Source of the DNA: Candidatus Zixiibacteriota bacterium
Lineage (GTDB): Bacteria; Zixibacteria; MSB-5A5; JAABVY01
Length of the DNA: 64,000 bases
Assembly: GCA_011056555.1 (NCBI GenBank)
Contig: DSEQ01000025.1
Coordinates: 3,736 to 67,735 of the forward strand
Direction: 5' to 3'
In this document: one piece after another, positions 9,988 through 19,256 of the stretch
Layout of the letters: each line of letters opens with the position of its first letter
Numbering within the stretch: position 1 is the stretch's first letter
The notes under the pieces: model-generated
Told to the model about the DNA's origin: nothing
What the model saw: only the letters and a program-made list of their open reading frames with translations
Databases searched by the model: none
Made by a program: the position numbers and the translations under genes

Positions 9988-11202
9988 TCATACCGATCTC
10001 ATCGCCTGGGCGGGCGGAATACGCGCCGCTTTGACCGCCGGAAAGATAGAGACCAGAAATGCAGACACGACAACGCTGAGAGCGGGTATATAGAAACTGC
10101 GCAAATTCACTTCGGTATACATGCGCTTGAATTCGACTCCACCATAAGTAAATGTTTCTGGCAGCGGTACACCGTGAGCAGAAAGAGCATCATTAATCAG
10201 ATAGCTCAACCCGCAGCCGATAATAACCCCCGCCACTGCAATAATCAGAACTTCGATTATTACCAGCCGAAATACCTGACCTGGTGCGGTTCCAAGCGCA
10301 CGCAGGACGCCATACTCATGAGTACGTTCCAGCACACTCATCAGCACGGTGTTCAGCACCCCAACTGCAACCATGATAAGTATCACCACCAACATAATCC
10401 ACATGCCTTCTTTATCAGCCCGCATCGCGCGATAAAAAGATTTCGCAAATTCCTTCCAGGTGGCGACATCCAGCCCTGAATCATTGAGCGCTTCTTCTAT
10501 ACCGGCAGAGGTTTGGGGCACATCCGCCAGATTATCGCATATGACCGCTATTTCATGAATTCTGTTCTGCAGAACCAGGAGTTGCTGCGCATCCTCGAGA
10601 TGAAGGTAGAAGGAGGCGCGGTCCTCCATCTTATCTCCGCTTTCAACTATTCCGAACACTGCATAGAGATCATTGGCAATTGAACCGTCGGCGGCCTGGG
10701 ATATAATTACAATCGTATCACCGACCGAAGCTTTCAAAATTTTTGCCAGGCCCCTTCCCAGCAGAGCCTTATTTGAAGGCTGCGCGGAAAAATATCGGCC
10801 CTCTGCCACTTTTCGGTCCAGATGAGTGGCCCTGCTTTCGATTTCCGGATCAACGCCGATAATTCTCACCCCGGCGCTCTTGTCATTCAGCGAGGCCAGA
10901 CCGGATGCAAACAGGCGCGGAGTTGTGAACTCAACTCCGGCAATATCGGCAATTACATTCCGGAGTGAATCATAATTCTCTATATTCTTATAGAGGGAGG
11001 GTTTATCCAGGTAGCCCTGACTATGAATCTGGATATGGCCGAGACGATTGCGGGTGAATGAATCGATTATATTATTGTAGGTGCCGTCCGACCATCCGAT
11101 CGAAATCGCCGCCAGCACAAATCCCACAAACATGGTCAGCATCGTTATGATGCTGCGGCGCTTGCGCCTGAATATATTGCGCAGGGCGATCTTGAACATC
11201 AT
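9988..11202 (-). CDS. ABC transporter permease, FtsX/MacB/LolE-like (paralog)
   Basis: Same architecture as the previous gene. The tandem permease pair is typical of LolCDE/MacB-like exporters. Confidence 0.85.
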   Translation of the reverse strand: MMFKIALRNIFRRKRRSIITMLTMFVGFVLAAISIGWSDGTYNNIIDSFTRNRLGHIQIHSQGYLDKPSLYKNIENYDSLRNVIADIAGVEFTTPRLFASGLASLNDKSAGVRIIGVDPEIESRATHLDRKVAEGRYFSAQPSNKALLGRGLAKILKASVGDTIVIISQAADGSIANDLYAVFGIVESGDKMEDRASFYLHLEDAQQLLVLQNRIHEIAVICDNLADVPQTSAGIEEALNDSGLDVATWKEFAKSFYRAMRADKEGMWIMLVVILIMVAVGVLNTVLMSVLERTHEYGVLRALGTAPGQVFRLVIIEVLIIAVAGVIIGCGLSYLINDALSAHGVPLPETFTYGGVEFKRMYTEVNLRSFYIPALSVVVSAFLVSIFPAVKAARIPPAQAMRSV

Positions 11203-11219
11203 GGCTTCCGGCTGCTCCT

Positions 11220-11996
11220 TTACTCTGAACGGAGATTGCGCAAAGTGAAAATCCCCTCCTCCGGATCGACTCCGAATTCAAGCTCGATGTAGCGCAGAAT
11301 TGTCCTGCTCTTTTCATCCTCCGGAACCATCTCCATCACAGCTGGAATCCTGCGCCCATCAAATGTGGTGACGTCCCTGAGATATAACGTCCGAGCGAGT
11401 TTGTCATCTTCATCATAATATTTCTCCCAGACTGGAATATATTCGTCTTTTGTGGCAGCGACAACAATGCTCCCCCACACCACAGGCACATCATCATGCG
11501 GGATACATTTGATGTAATAAAGGCTGTCCACCGGATTCTCAACGCTTGTATATTCGTAATCATAATCATCAAAAAGCGAAAACTCCTTAACCAGGTCATC
11601 ATTGGTAAAATCCGAACCCATCCAGGAATTCATCATCATCGAAGGAGGGATTTTTATCACTTTGTTGGTCTTGGGAAGATAGTTCCACATTTCATTCCCT
11701 ATCCTGAGCGTACCCACACCTTCTTCCTTTTCGGGAGCGGTGATCCGGATGAACGTGTGATCCATATTTTTGGTCCAGACCTTCATCTTGAGAGTGCGTT
11801 CCCAGTGCTCGGTGGTAATCTTCATCTCGACTTCGGAGTAGCTGGCCTCGCTGCGGTAGAGCTGATCGATATAGTTAATCACATCCTCAACTTTTGGCCT
11901 GCCGCCTTCGGATTGCGCGTACAGGCATGATCCGATTAATACCATTAAGATTATGAATGAAGTTACAGGAACAAAATAAATCCGTTTAATCATCAT
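11220..11996 (-). CDS. LolA-like outer-membrane lipoprotein-sorting/carrier protein, first gene of the export operon
   Basis: Signal peptide. The LolA_like-type family is usually found adjacent to MacB/FtsX permeases (motifs YSEVEMKITT...W, GSDFTNDDL). Confidence 0.55.
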   Translation of the reverse strand: MMIKRIYFVPVTSFIILMVLIGSCLYAQSEGGRPKVEDVINYIDQLYRSEASYSEVEMKITTEHWERTLKMKVWTKNMDHTFIRITAPEKEEGVGTLRIGNEMWNYLPKTNKVIKIPPSMMMNSWMGSDFTNDDLVKEFSLFDDYDYEYTSVENPVDSLYYIKCIPHDDVPVVWGSIVVAATKDEYIPVWEKYYDEDDKLARTLYLRDVTTFDGRRIPAVMEMVPEDEKSRTILRYIELEFGVDPEEGIFTLRNLRSE

Positions 11997-12120
11997 GTGC
12001 CTCCGGCTAACAGGCGATTGAACTTATTATAGCACCCCATCAGGTTTATATTAATATATTCGTACAACAAAACCAGTTTGTTTTTGAAATTTCAGGGAAT
12101 ATGGTTTTGTTAAGGGCCGC

Positions 12121-13107
12121 TTACTCTCGACTGGGCGGGGCCATAAATTCCGGGCCCAATGGCTCTGAGATATTATTATCTAAAATCTGCTCGATTTCGG
12201 CCAGGTCCTCCGGGGACAATGACCAGTCCCAGATCTCATCCACCGCTTCGAGCTGATCAGGGCGACGCGCGCCCCAGAGCGCCACCTCAACGCCACTGTC
12301 CAGCATCCACCTGACCGCAAGATGTATTACTCTCCTATTATGCTCGTTTTTGGCGAACTGGTCCAGCTCATCGACAGCCTTGAGATATTCCTTGAACCTC
12401 GGCATCTGAAACTTGGGGTCCATCTTGCGCAGATCATCCCCTTCAAATTCGCGATCCTCGCTCATCTTGCCGCTCAAAAGCCCCCGGCAAAGAGAACCGT
12501 AAGCCAGAATTGCGATATCGTTTTCTTTGCAGAAGGGTAACTGGGTCTCAGCGATCTCCCTTTCGAACAGATTATAGGGCGGTTGAGAAACATGCAGAGG
12601 AGCTTCCTTCATAAATGTCTCCATCTGCTCGATTGAATAATTGCTTACTGCAATCGCCCTGATTTTTCCGGCCTCATGAATTTTATACATAGTTTCAGCA
12701 GTCTCCTCGATTGGAACCGCCGGATCGGGCCAGTGCACATGATAGACATCTATATAATCTGTTTTCAAGCGCTTCAGTGAATCATCTACCTCTTTCAACA
12801 GCCGTTCTTCGGAGGCATTCCTGAAAACCTCGTCCCCTTTCCACTCCAGTCCCGCTTTGGTTGAGAGCACGATTCTCTCCCGCTGCCGATATTCGGCCAT
12901 GGCCTTCCCGATAATTTCTTCCGACTTGCCGAAGCCGTATGCGGGCGCGGTGTCGATCAAATTTATTCCCCTTTCCAGAGCGCTCAAAATTGTATCGATG
13001 GATTTTTTTTCATCGGTGCCGCCCCACATCCAGCCTCCGATGGCCCAGGTACCAAGACCCACTCTCGAATTTGCCAGACTGAGATTAGGAAGTGTGACAG
13101 TTTCCAT
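12121..13107 (-). CDS. aldo/keto reductase family oxidoreductase
   Basis: N-terminal AKR signature LGLGTWAIGGWMWGG...E...IDTAPAYG over a 328-aa TIM-barrel length. Confidence 0.85.
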   Translation of the reverse strand: METVTLPNLSLANSRVGLGTWAIGGWMWGGTDEKKSIDTILSALERGINLIDTAPAYGFGKSEEIIGKAMAEYRQRERIVLSTKAGLEWKGDEVFRNASEERLLKEVDDSLKRLKTDYIDVYHVHWPDPAVPIEETAETMYKIHEAGKIRAIAVSNYSIEQMETFMKEAPLHVSQPPYNLFEREIAETQLPFCKENDIAILAYGSLCRGLLSGKMSEDREFEGDDLRKMDPKFQMPRFKEYLKAVDELDQFAKNEHNRRVIHLAVRWMLDSGVEVALWGARRPDQLEAVDEIWDWSLSPEDLAEIEQILDNNISEPLGPEFMAPPSRE

Positions 13108-13192
13108 TTTACTATTTCTCCTTTTTATACTCTATTAAACAACGAATCGATTTCGAATTATGAATATGTATTCCAAAAATGACAACCTGACT

Positions 13193-13921
13193 TTATAGCA
13201 TTTCCTGCAATTCCCTGGCATTCTGAGCTGCATATCCATCCTGATCGTTATCAAAATACATATATATTTCCTTACCACTATCGCTCCAGGCTTCAAAAGC
13301 CCCGCGCCACCCCGCCAGGGTCTCTTTGTCGTATTTGCCTTCGTATTTGGCGCCCGGTCCATGCAGACGGACATAGACAAAATCCGCGGTTATCTCACGC
13401 GGCGATATTTTCTTTTCGAGCTCATATATGCAGAAGGCGGCATTATGCTTTCGCAGGCATTCATAGACATCATCGATCCACCAGCTTTCGTCACGAAATT
13501 CAAAAACATATTTGTCCCTGTCGGGAAGCAATTCCAGAAATGACTCCAGCCTTTCGATGTTTACATTCCAGTGAGGAGGAAGTTGAAACAGAATCGGCCC
13601 CAGTTTCTTATCCAGGGTCTTCACTCTGTCAAGAAAATTGTCAAGCGGTTCTCGGGGGTCATTGAGCTTTTTCATATGAGTAATATAACGGCTGGCCTTT
13701 ACCGCAAAAACAAAATCATCAGGAGCAACATCTTTCCAGTCCTGCAGGGCCCCTTTATTCGGAAGCTGATAAAATGAATTATTGATTTCTACGGAGTGAA
13801 ATATTTCACAATAGTATTCAAACCACTCATTTTTTGGCATTTCATCAGGATAAAATGTGCCTTTCCAGTGATTATAGTTCCAGCCTGAAGTACCTATGTG
13901 TATCTTCTTTTTCTGATTCAT
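13193..13921 (-). CDS. DUF72 (UPF0759) family protein
   Basis: IHIGTSGWNYNHWKGTFYP... N-terminus characteristic of DUF72. The probable start is MNQKKK (an internal ATG of the listed ORF). Confidence 0.7.
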   Translation of the reverse strand: MNQKKKIHIGTSGWNYNHWKGTFYPDEMPKNEWFEYYCEIFHSVEINNSFYQLPNKGALQDWKDVAPDDFVFAVKASRYITHMKKLNDPREPLDNFLDRVKTLDKKLGPILFQLPPHWNVNIERLESFLELLPDRDKYVFEFRDESWWIDDVYECLRKHNAAFCIYELEKKISPREITADFVYVRLHGPGAKYEGKYDKETLAGWRGAFEAWSDSGKEIYMYFDNDQDGYAAQNARELQEML

Positions 13922-13954
13922 CGTTGATTCTCGTTTCACTAAGATTTTGCATAA

Positions 13955-14341
13955 TCAGGAGACTTTGCCATCGACCATCGTAGGCGGCATTGCTGAACGG
14001 AAACGCAAGAGGGTCGTTTCCATATCTTCATTAATAATTTCCAGGGCTTTGTGTCCTCCATCGGCAGTCTCTTCCATAATCATATATTGCGGGTTTTGAA
14101 TTTTATGGGTGACGGTCTTCTCGGCATTTTCAGATGTGACCACCAGCAGATTCAGGTCACCCTCGTCTTCCAGGACAAAATTCTGCATGGGGGCATTGTC
14201 GGCCAGAACTGTCTTGATGTCGTTCGTATCAAAATGGGTTATATCTAAACGCCAGTTCTTGTGGCTGGTCCCGAATCCAAGCACGAATTCCGGCCACTCC
14301 TCTCTGGGAATCTCGAATTTGCGGACGTTTTCGCTGCTCAT
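13955..14341 (-). CDS. hypothetical acidic protein; its ATG overlaps the stop of the upstream PRTase as ATGA
   Basis: Long ORF with a coding-like composition, translationally coupled to the upstream gene. No family recognised. Confidence 0.4.
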   Translation of the reverse strand: MSSENVRKFEIPREEWPEFVLGFGTSHKNWRLDITHFDTNDIKTVLADNAPMQNFVLEDEGDLNLLVVTSENAEKTVTHKIQNPQYMIMEETADGGHKALEIINEDMETTLLRFRSAMPPTMVDGKVS

Positions 14342-14982
14342 ACAGGCCTCTTTTCCCGCATTAACTCGCACACCTCCTCGTCGCTGACCTGCGGAAAGTT
14401 CTCATACCACTGACCAACACTACTGAACTGTCCGGGAGTATGCATGCAGACTACCTTATCGGCCTCGCTTTCCAGTCTCCGGCAGGTCGGTTCCGCCGCC
14501 ACCGGAACAGCAGCTATCACCTTCCGGGGATCGAGTTTTCTGACGGCTTTTATGGCTGCGAGCATCGATGCTCCGGTCGCCAGGCCATCATCAACCAGCA
14601 AAACGGTTTTGCCCGACACATCGGGAGTTTCTCTGCTTCCCCGATATTTGCGCAAGCGTCTCTCCAATTCGACTTTTTCAACCTCGGCTACCTTATCTAT
14701 TACCCGGGAGGGGATATCCATGGTGCGCACGATATCTTCATTGAGGAGCGTCAGACCACCCTGGGCAATTGATCCCATGGCCAGCTCTTCCTGGCCCGGC
14801 ACGCCAAGTTTCCGGACCATAAAGACATCCAACGGAGCGTTGAGTATGCTCGCGACCTCGTAGGCGACCGGCACCCCTCCGCGCGGAAGCCCGAGCACCA
14901 CAGTATCGTCCCCTTCTATCGTTTCCTTCAGCGACTCCCCCAGTTTCAGTCCTGCTTCTGTGCGATCTTTGAAATATGTCAT
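14338..14982 (-). CDS. phosphoribosyltransferase-domain protein (type I PRT fold)
   Basis: PRPP-binding motif VLLVDDGLATGASM. The start is placed at MTYFKDRTEAG (about 215 aa), an internal ATG of the longer listed ORF. Confidence 0.75.
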   Translation of the reverse strand: MTYFKDRTEAGLKLGESLKETIEGDDTVVLGLPRGGVPVAYEVASILNAPLDVFMVRKLGVPGQEELAMGSIAQGGLTLLNEDIVRTMDIPSRVIDKVAEVEKVELERRLRKYRGSRETPDVSGKTVLLVDDGLATGASMLAAIKAVRKLDPRKVIAAVPVAAEPTCRRLESEADKVVCMHTPGQFSSVGQWYENFPQVSDEEVCELMREKRPV

Positions 14983-15004
14983 ATAATTAAGCCTTTTCCC
15001 GCTG

Positions 15005-15403
15005 TTAATCCGAGGGCATCTCACCCTTGCTGCCGGCCTCAAAGAGTTTATTGTATTCATCCGGAAGCTGCGCCTTGACATCCTCAAGCTCGCCGCCTGT
15101 TACGGCATCCCCGATGACTTCAATCACCACTCTGGCATGGTAAACTGCATCCTGCATTCTGGAGCCTTCTTTCTCGGAGACCTTATTGAAAAACTCGTCC
15201 AGGCCGAACCTCTGGCCATGATCACTGTCGCCCATCAGATACACCACCTCATCAGGCAGTTGTGCCGCTAAATTATTTGCCTCTCCTTCAGTTATTCTCT
15301 CTGACAACGTGCTTAATGTTGCCCGGGTCGCCCTTACCGCTTCCTCCAGCGAACTGAGCCTTGCCCTGCTCTGCACCTCTCTTATAAATTCATCATATTT
15401 CAT
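15005..15403 (-). CDS. DUF2267 family protein
   Basis: MKYDEFIREVQ... with two helical DUF2267 repeats. Confidence 0.6.
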   Translation of the reverse strand: MKYDEFIREVQSRARLSSLEEAVRATRATLSTLSERITEGEANNLAAQLPDEVVYLMGDSDHGQRFGLDEFFNKVSEKEGSRMQDAVYHARVVIEVIGDAVTGGELEDVKAQLPDEYNKLFEAGSKGEMPSD

Positions 15404-15445
15404 ACATATCACACCCTTCAATTAAAGATCAGATTAAATCTATGA

Positions 15446-16057
15446 TTATTCTGTTTTACCGGAAGGCTTATCCACAACCTGTACTGTGCTGGCCTGAAAT
15501 CCGGCATCGCTGAGGGCGCCGACAAACCTGACACCCATACCCGGCTCCAGATCTTCAAGCCTGTCATTGACCAGGCTGCTTTCGTTGAAATAAACCTCTC
15601 TCCCTTCAATAGTCTTCAGGAAACCGTATCCTTCATCCTTGAATATACGTTCAATGACCGCGGCCACTTCCTGATCAGGATGCACTTTCACCTCATTGCG
15701 CTGCTTTTCAACCAGTTCCTTCAGCTGTCTTTGTGCAGCGGAAAAAACATCACGGATGACAGCGTCCAGCGGCTCATGCATATCGCCGTCGCCGGGCTCA
15801 CGTTTGACCACTATTTCATGACCCGGCGGGACACGTACATTGACCCTGACCCGATAAGGATTGCCCATTCGTTGGTGTTCCTGGGGTTTCTCGAGCGCAA
15901 TCCGGCAGCTTATTATATAATCGCACACCTTTTCCAGTGATGCCACTTTATCGTTAACGAGATCTACAAGCTCGTCAGTTTTTTTTATGTCCCTTAAGGT
16001 TAATTCGAGCGGTACTTCCAAAACGCCTCCTATCTGGATTCTAAACGCTACAAGCAA
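15446..16057 (-). CDS. hpf: ribosome hibernation promoting factor (HPF/RaiA) fused to a C-terminal cold-shock (CSD/S1-like) domain; TTG start
   Basis: N-terminal ~100 aa match HPF/YfiA (PYRVRVNVRVPPGHEIVV...LDAVIRDVFSAAQRQLKE). C-terminal VIERIFKDEGYGFLKTIEGREVYFNESSL...GVRF aligns to CspA (KGFGFI...DVFVHFSAI). Confidence 0.6.
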   Translation of the reverse strand: MLVAFRIQIGGVLEVPLELTLRDIKKTDELVDLVNDKVASLEKVCDYIISCRIALEKPQEHQRMGNPYRVRVNVRVPPGHEIVVKREPGDGDMHEPLDAVIRDVFSAAQRQLKELVEKQRNEVKVHPDQEVAAVIERIFKDEGYGFLKTIEGREVYFNESSLVNDRLEDLEPGMGVRFVGALSDAGFQASTVQVVDKPSGKTE

Positions 16058-16204
16058 GACTCTCCGATTAAAGCCGCTCCTTTTTTTTCCTGTCCGCAGA
16101 CACCGTTAAATTATGCAGGAATACGCCCTTTGCACAATACTAAATAGTTGTATAGGGATTGCGTAAGTGATGTACGTAATAGCGTAAATGCGAAATCTAC
16201 TGCG

Positions 16205-16921
16205 TTACCATTCCAGATTTTCCAGAGCCAGACGGATATCCCCGGCGGTGTTGAAGTGCTGCCTGATGAGGCTGTGTTTACGTCCCATAATAAGCTTCCT
16301 GACATTGTCATCGGCGCGCTTATAGCCCTCGGCCCCCCCGATCATCTCGTAAAAGACTGTCAAGAGATCAAAAACATCCTGCTGAATGCGTTCACGGTTG
16401 GACCGGCCAAGATCAAAAAGATCTATCAAACGCACATTAAAGCCCAGCCCTTTACGTTTGACCATAATATTATCCGTATGAATATCACCATGATACTGGC
16501 CCAGAAAGTGTATCTGCTCGATACCCCGGGCCAGGGCGTACAGCAGATGCATGGCCTGAAACTGGGTGAGCTTTCTTCCCCGCTGGCGTTTAATAAAGGT
16601 GGAGAGAAGCTCCCCTTCGGCCAGATCGGAGACCAGAAATTCGACCCTCTTCCCGCTGATTTTGGCCTCTCCTCTGTGATGGTACTGGATCAATATGGGG
16701 CAGGTTCTCAATTTGTAGAGTTTTCTTGCATACTTCAACAGAGGCTTGCGGCTTATGTGGTAGGGGTAGAATATCTTGGCCGCGCGGATTATACCGGTGT
16801 GCCGTTCGCGGACTTTATAAACCTCTCCCTCCCAGCCTCCTCCCAGGAATTCCACGACATGATAATTGGATCCCAGAGTGCGTCCCTCGGGAAGATCGAA
16901 ACTGAAGTCATTGCGGCCCAT
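16205..16921 (-). CDS. small protein-kinase-like (eukaryotic-type/RIO/Kdo-kinase-like) protein
   Basis: Gly-rich loop FLGGGWEGEVYKV, Lys motif AAKIF, catalytic-loop-like HGDIHTDNIMV, DFG-like IDLFDLG. Only 238 aa with no other domains. Confidence 0.55.
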   Translation of the reverse strand: MGRNDFSFDLPEGRTLGSNYHVVEFLGGGWEGEVYKVRERHTGIIRAAKIFYPYHISRKPLLKYARKLYKLRTCPILIQYHHRGEAKISGKRVEFLVSDLAEGELLSTFIKRQRGRKLTQFQAMHLLYALARGIEQIHFLGQYHGDIHTDNIMVKRKGLGFNVRLIDLFDLGRSNRERIQQDVFDLLTVFYEMIGGAEGYKRADDNVRKLIMGRKHSLIRQHFNTAGDIRLALENLEW

Positions 16922-17050
16922 GTGAAAATCGTCCTTTGCCTAAAAATGGTCAATTTCAATATATAAATTGTTAGATTTAAGGCATCTGATTTTTAAGCTA
17001 TACCCGGAAAAATTGTGATTTTCAATATTTAATTTTTGAAACTTTTTTGC

Positions 17051-17079
17051 TTGCCAAAACGTAAAATTTCCACTAAAAT
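17051..17079 (+). promoter_or_regulatory. sigma70-type promoter of groESL (TTGCCA-N17-TAAAAT)
   Basis: Read directly. Positioned immediately upstream of the CIRCE element. Confidence 0.55.
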
Positions 17080-17082
17080 ATT

Positions 17083-17109
17083 TTAGCACTCTCACGCCGA
17101 GAGTGCTAA
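17083..17109 (+). promoter_or_regulatory. CIRCE (HrcA operator) inverted repeat TTAGCACTC-N9-GAGTGCTAA
   Basis: Perfect match to the CIRCE consensus about 50 nt upstream of groES. Confidence 0.9.
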
Positions 17110-17157
17110 GAACAGCCCTAAACAGATCTCATGCAAGATATAAAAAAGGAGTTTCAT

Positions 17158-17445
17158 ATGAACATCAAGCCTTTGGCAGACAGGGTATTAGTAGAGCCTA
17201 TGGAAGCCGAAGAGGTAAAAAAAGGCGGGATCATCATTCCAGATACCGCCAAGGAGAAGCCCCAGCAGGGCAAGATAATTGCGGTTGGACCCGGCCGCAC
17301 CGCCGAGGACGGCAAAAGGGTTAAAATGGAAGTCTCGGTTGGAGACAAAATTCTATATGGGAAGTATTCCGGCTCGGAGGTTGACATTGACGCCAACAAG
17401 TATCTGATCATGCGCGAGTCGGATATTCTGGCTATTATCAAATAA
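17158..17445 (+). CDS. groES: co-chaperonin GroES
   Basis: [14 protein letters not shown]... canonical Cpn10. RBS AAAAAGGAG upstream. Confidence 0.95.
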   Translation: MNIKPLADRVLVEPMEAEEVKKGGIIIPDTAKEKPQQGKIIAVGPGRTAEDGKRVKMEVSVGDKILYGKYSGSEVDIDANKYLIMRESDILAIIK

Positions 17446-17464
17446 TTTAAAAGGAGTAGCACAT

Positions 17465-19096
17465 ATGCCCAAGATGATAGCTTATAATACTTCTGCCCGC
17501 GACAAGCTGAAAAAGGGAATCGATAAACTGGCCGATGCTGTAAAGGTTACCCTGGGGCCGCGAGGCCGCAATGTGGTAATCGACAAGAAATTCGGTTCCC
17601 CGACCATCACCAAAGATGGTGTCACTGTCGCAAAAGAGATCGAACTGGAAGACCACTTCGGGAACATGGGCGCCCAGATGGTCAAGGAAGTCGCTTCCAA
17701 GACCTCTGATATCGCCGGTGACGGTACCACAACAGCGACTATAATAGCTCAGGCGATTTACCGCGAAGGTTTGAAAAATGTCACTGCCGGTGCAAATCCG
17801 ATGAGTGTCAAGCGCGGGATTGACAGGGCGGTTGATGCCATTGTGAAAGAACTCAGGGAACTTTCCCGCCCGGTGCCCGGAAAAAACGAGATATCCCAGG
17901 TCGGCACAATTTCGGCCAACAACGACAAGCTGATCGGCGATCTGATCGCGGAAGCTATGGAGAAAGTCGGCAAGGACGGAGTGATCACGGTTGAGGAAGC
18001 CAAAGGTACCGAGACCGAGCTGACAGTAGTCGAAGGTATGCAGTTTGACCGCGGTTACCTCTCTCCCTACTTCATCACTAATCCGGATAATATGGAAGCT
18101 GTCCTGGAAGATCCGATGATTCTTATCCATGACAAAAAGATCTCGAATATGAAAGATCTGCTTCCGATCCTGGAGAAGGTTGCCCAGATGGGCAAGCCGA
18201 TGCTTATCATTGCCGAGGATGTTGAGGGCGAGGCGTTGGCTACACTGGTGGTCAACAAGCTGCGCGGCACGATCAAGGTTGCCGCTGTGAAGGCTCCGGG
18301 TTTCGGTGATCGCAGAAAAGCCATGCTGGAAGACATCTCAGTCCTGACAGGCGGTAAGGTGATTTCCGAGGAACTCGGATTCAAACTCGAGAACACAGTG
18401 GTTTCAGATCTGGGCACGGCCAAGAAAGTCAATATCGACAAGGACAACACGACCATAGTCGAAGGCGGCGGAAGCACCGAGGAAATCAAGGCCCGTATCG
18501 GCCAGATCAAGAAGCAAATCGAGGATACAACCTCCGATTATGACCGCGAGAAACTGCAGGAACGTCTGGCCAAGCTGGCCGGAGGCGTGGCGGTTATCAA
18601 TGTCGGCGCGGCCACCGAGACTGAGATGAAAGAGAAGAAAGCGCGTGTCGAGGACGCCCTTCATGCCACCCGTGCAGCGGTTGAGGAGGGCATAGTGCCC
18701 GGAGGAGGTGTGGCCTACCTGCGTGCTCTGAATGCTCTGGAAAAGGTTAATCTCGATGAAGAGGAGAAAGTGGGTGTAATGATTGTCCGTAAAGCTCTGG
18801 AGGAACCGATCAGGCAGATCGCGTTCAACTCCGGCATTGACGGTTCAATTGTTCTCAATAAAGTGGCAGAGCAGAACGGCGCCTTCGGCTATAATGCGCT
18901 GACCGACACCTATGAGGATCTTCTGAAGGCGGGTGTAATAGACCCCACCAAGGTTGCCCGGACAGCGCTCGAAAATGCCGCTTCTATTGCAGGGCTGCTG
19001 TTGACCACAGAAGCTCTGGTTACCGAGAAGCCCGAAAAGAAAAAGGAAATGCCCGGCGCAGGCATGCCCCCGGGAGGGATGGATGAATGGGATTGA
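17465..19096 (+). CDS. groEL: chaperonin GroEL
   Basis: Canonical Cpn60 sequence through to the C-terminal GGM-type tail. Confidence 0.98.
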   Translation: MPKMIAYNTSARDKLKKGIDKLADAVKVTLGPRGRNVVIDKKFGSPTITKDGVTVAKEIELEDHFGNMGAQMVKEVASKTSDIAGDGTTTATIIAQAIYREGLKNVTAGANPMSVKRGIDRAVDAIVKELRELSRPVPGKNEISQVGTISANNDKLIGDLIAEAMEKVGKDGVITVEEAKGTETELTVVEGMQFDRGYLSPYFITNPDNMEAVLEDPMILIHDKKISNMKDLLPILEKVAQMGKPMLIIAEDVEGEALATLVVNKLRGTIKVAAVKAPGFGDRRKAMLEDISVLTGGKVISEELGFKLENTVVSDLGTAKKVNIDKDNTTIVEGGGSTEEIKARIGQIKKQIEDTTSDYDREKLQERLAKLAGGVAVINVGAATETEMKEKKARVEDALHATRAAVEEGIVPGGGVAYLRALNALEKVNLDEEEKVGVMIVRKALEEPIRQIAFNSGIDGSIVLNKVAEQNGAFGYNALTDTYEDLLKAGVIDPTKVARTALENAASIAGLLLTTEALVTEKPEKKKEMPGAGMPPGGMDEWD

Positions 19097-19131
19097 TTCC
19101 GCGTATGACACTATAATCAGGTAACTACTCG

Positions 19132-19160
19132 AGCCCGGCTTTTTATGCCGGGCTTTTATT
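19132..19160 (+). terminator. rho-independent terminator of groESL
   Basis: agcccggc-tttttat-gccgggct followed by TTTTATT. Confidence 0.75.
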
Positions 19161-19256
19161 CTGCCGGATTCCATCGCTGAGAAAAATCTTGTTCTATTAA
19201 GTTGTTTTGAGTACAGTAGAGTACAGGCCCAGTATCAGTAAATCGGGGAGGCTCTA

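Noticed and set aside
16090-16204. sigma54-like element (aaGGgcgtattcctGCat) upstream of hpf
   Set aside because: Only the GG/GC dinucleotides match, with no TGGCAC core. Too weak to call.
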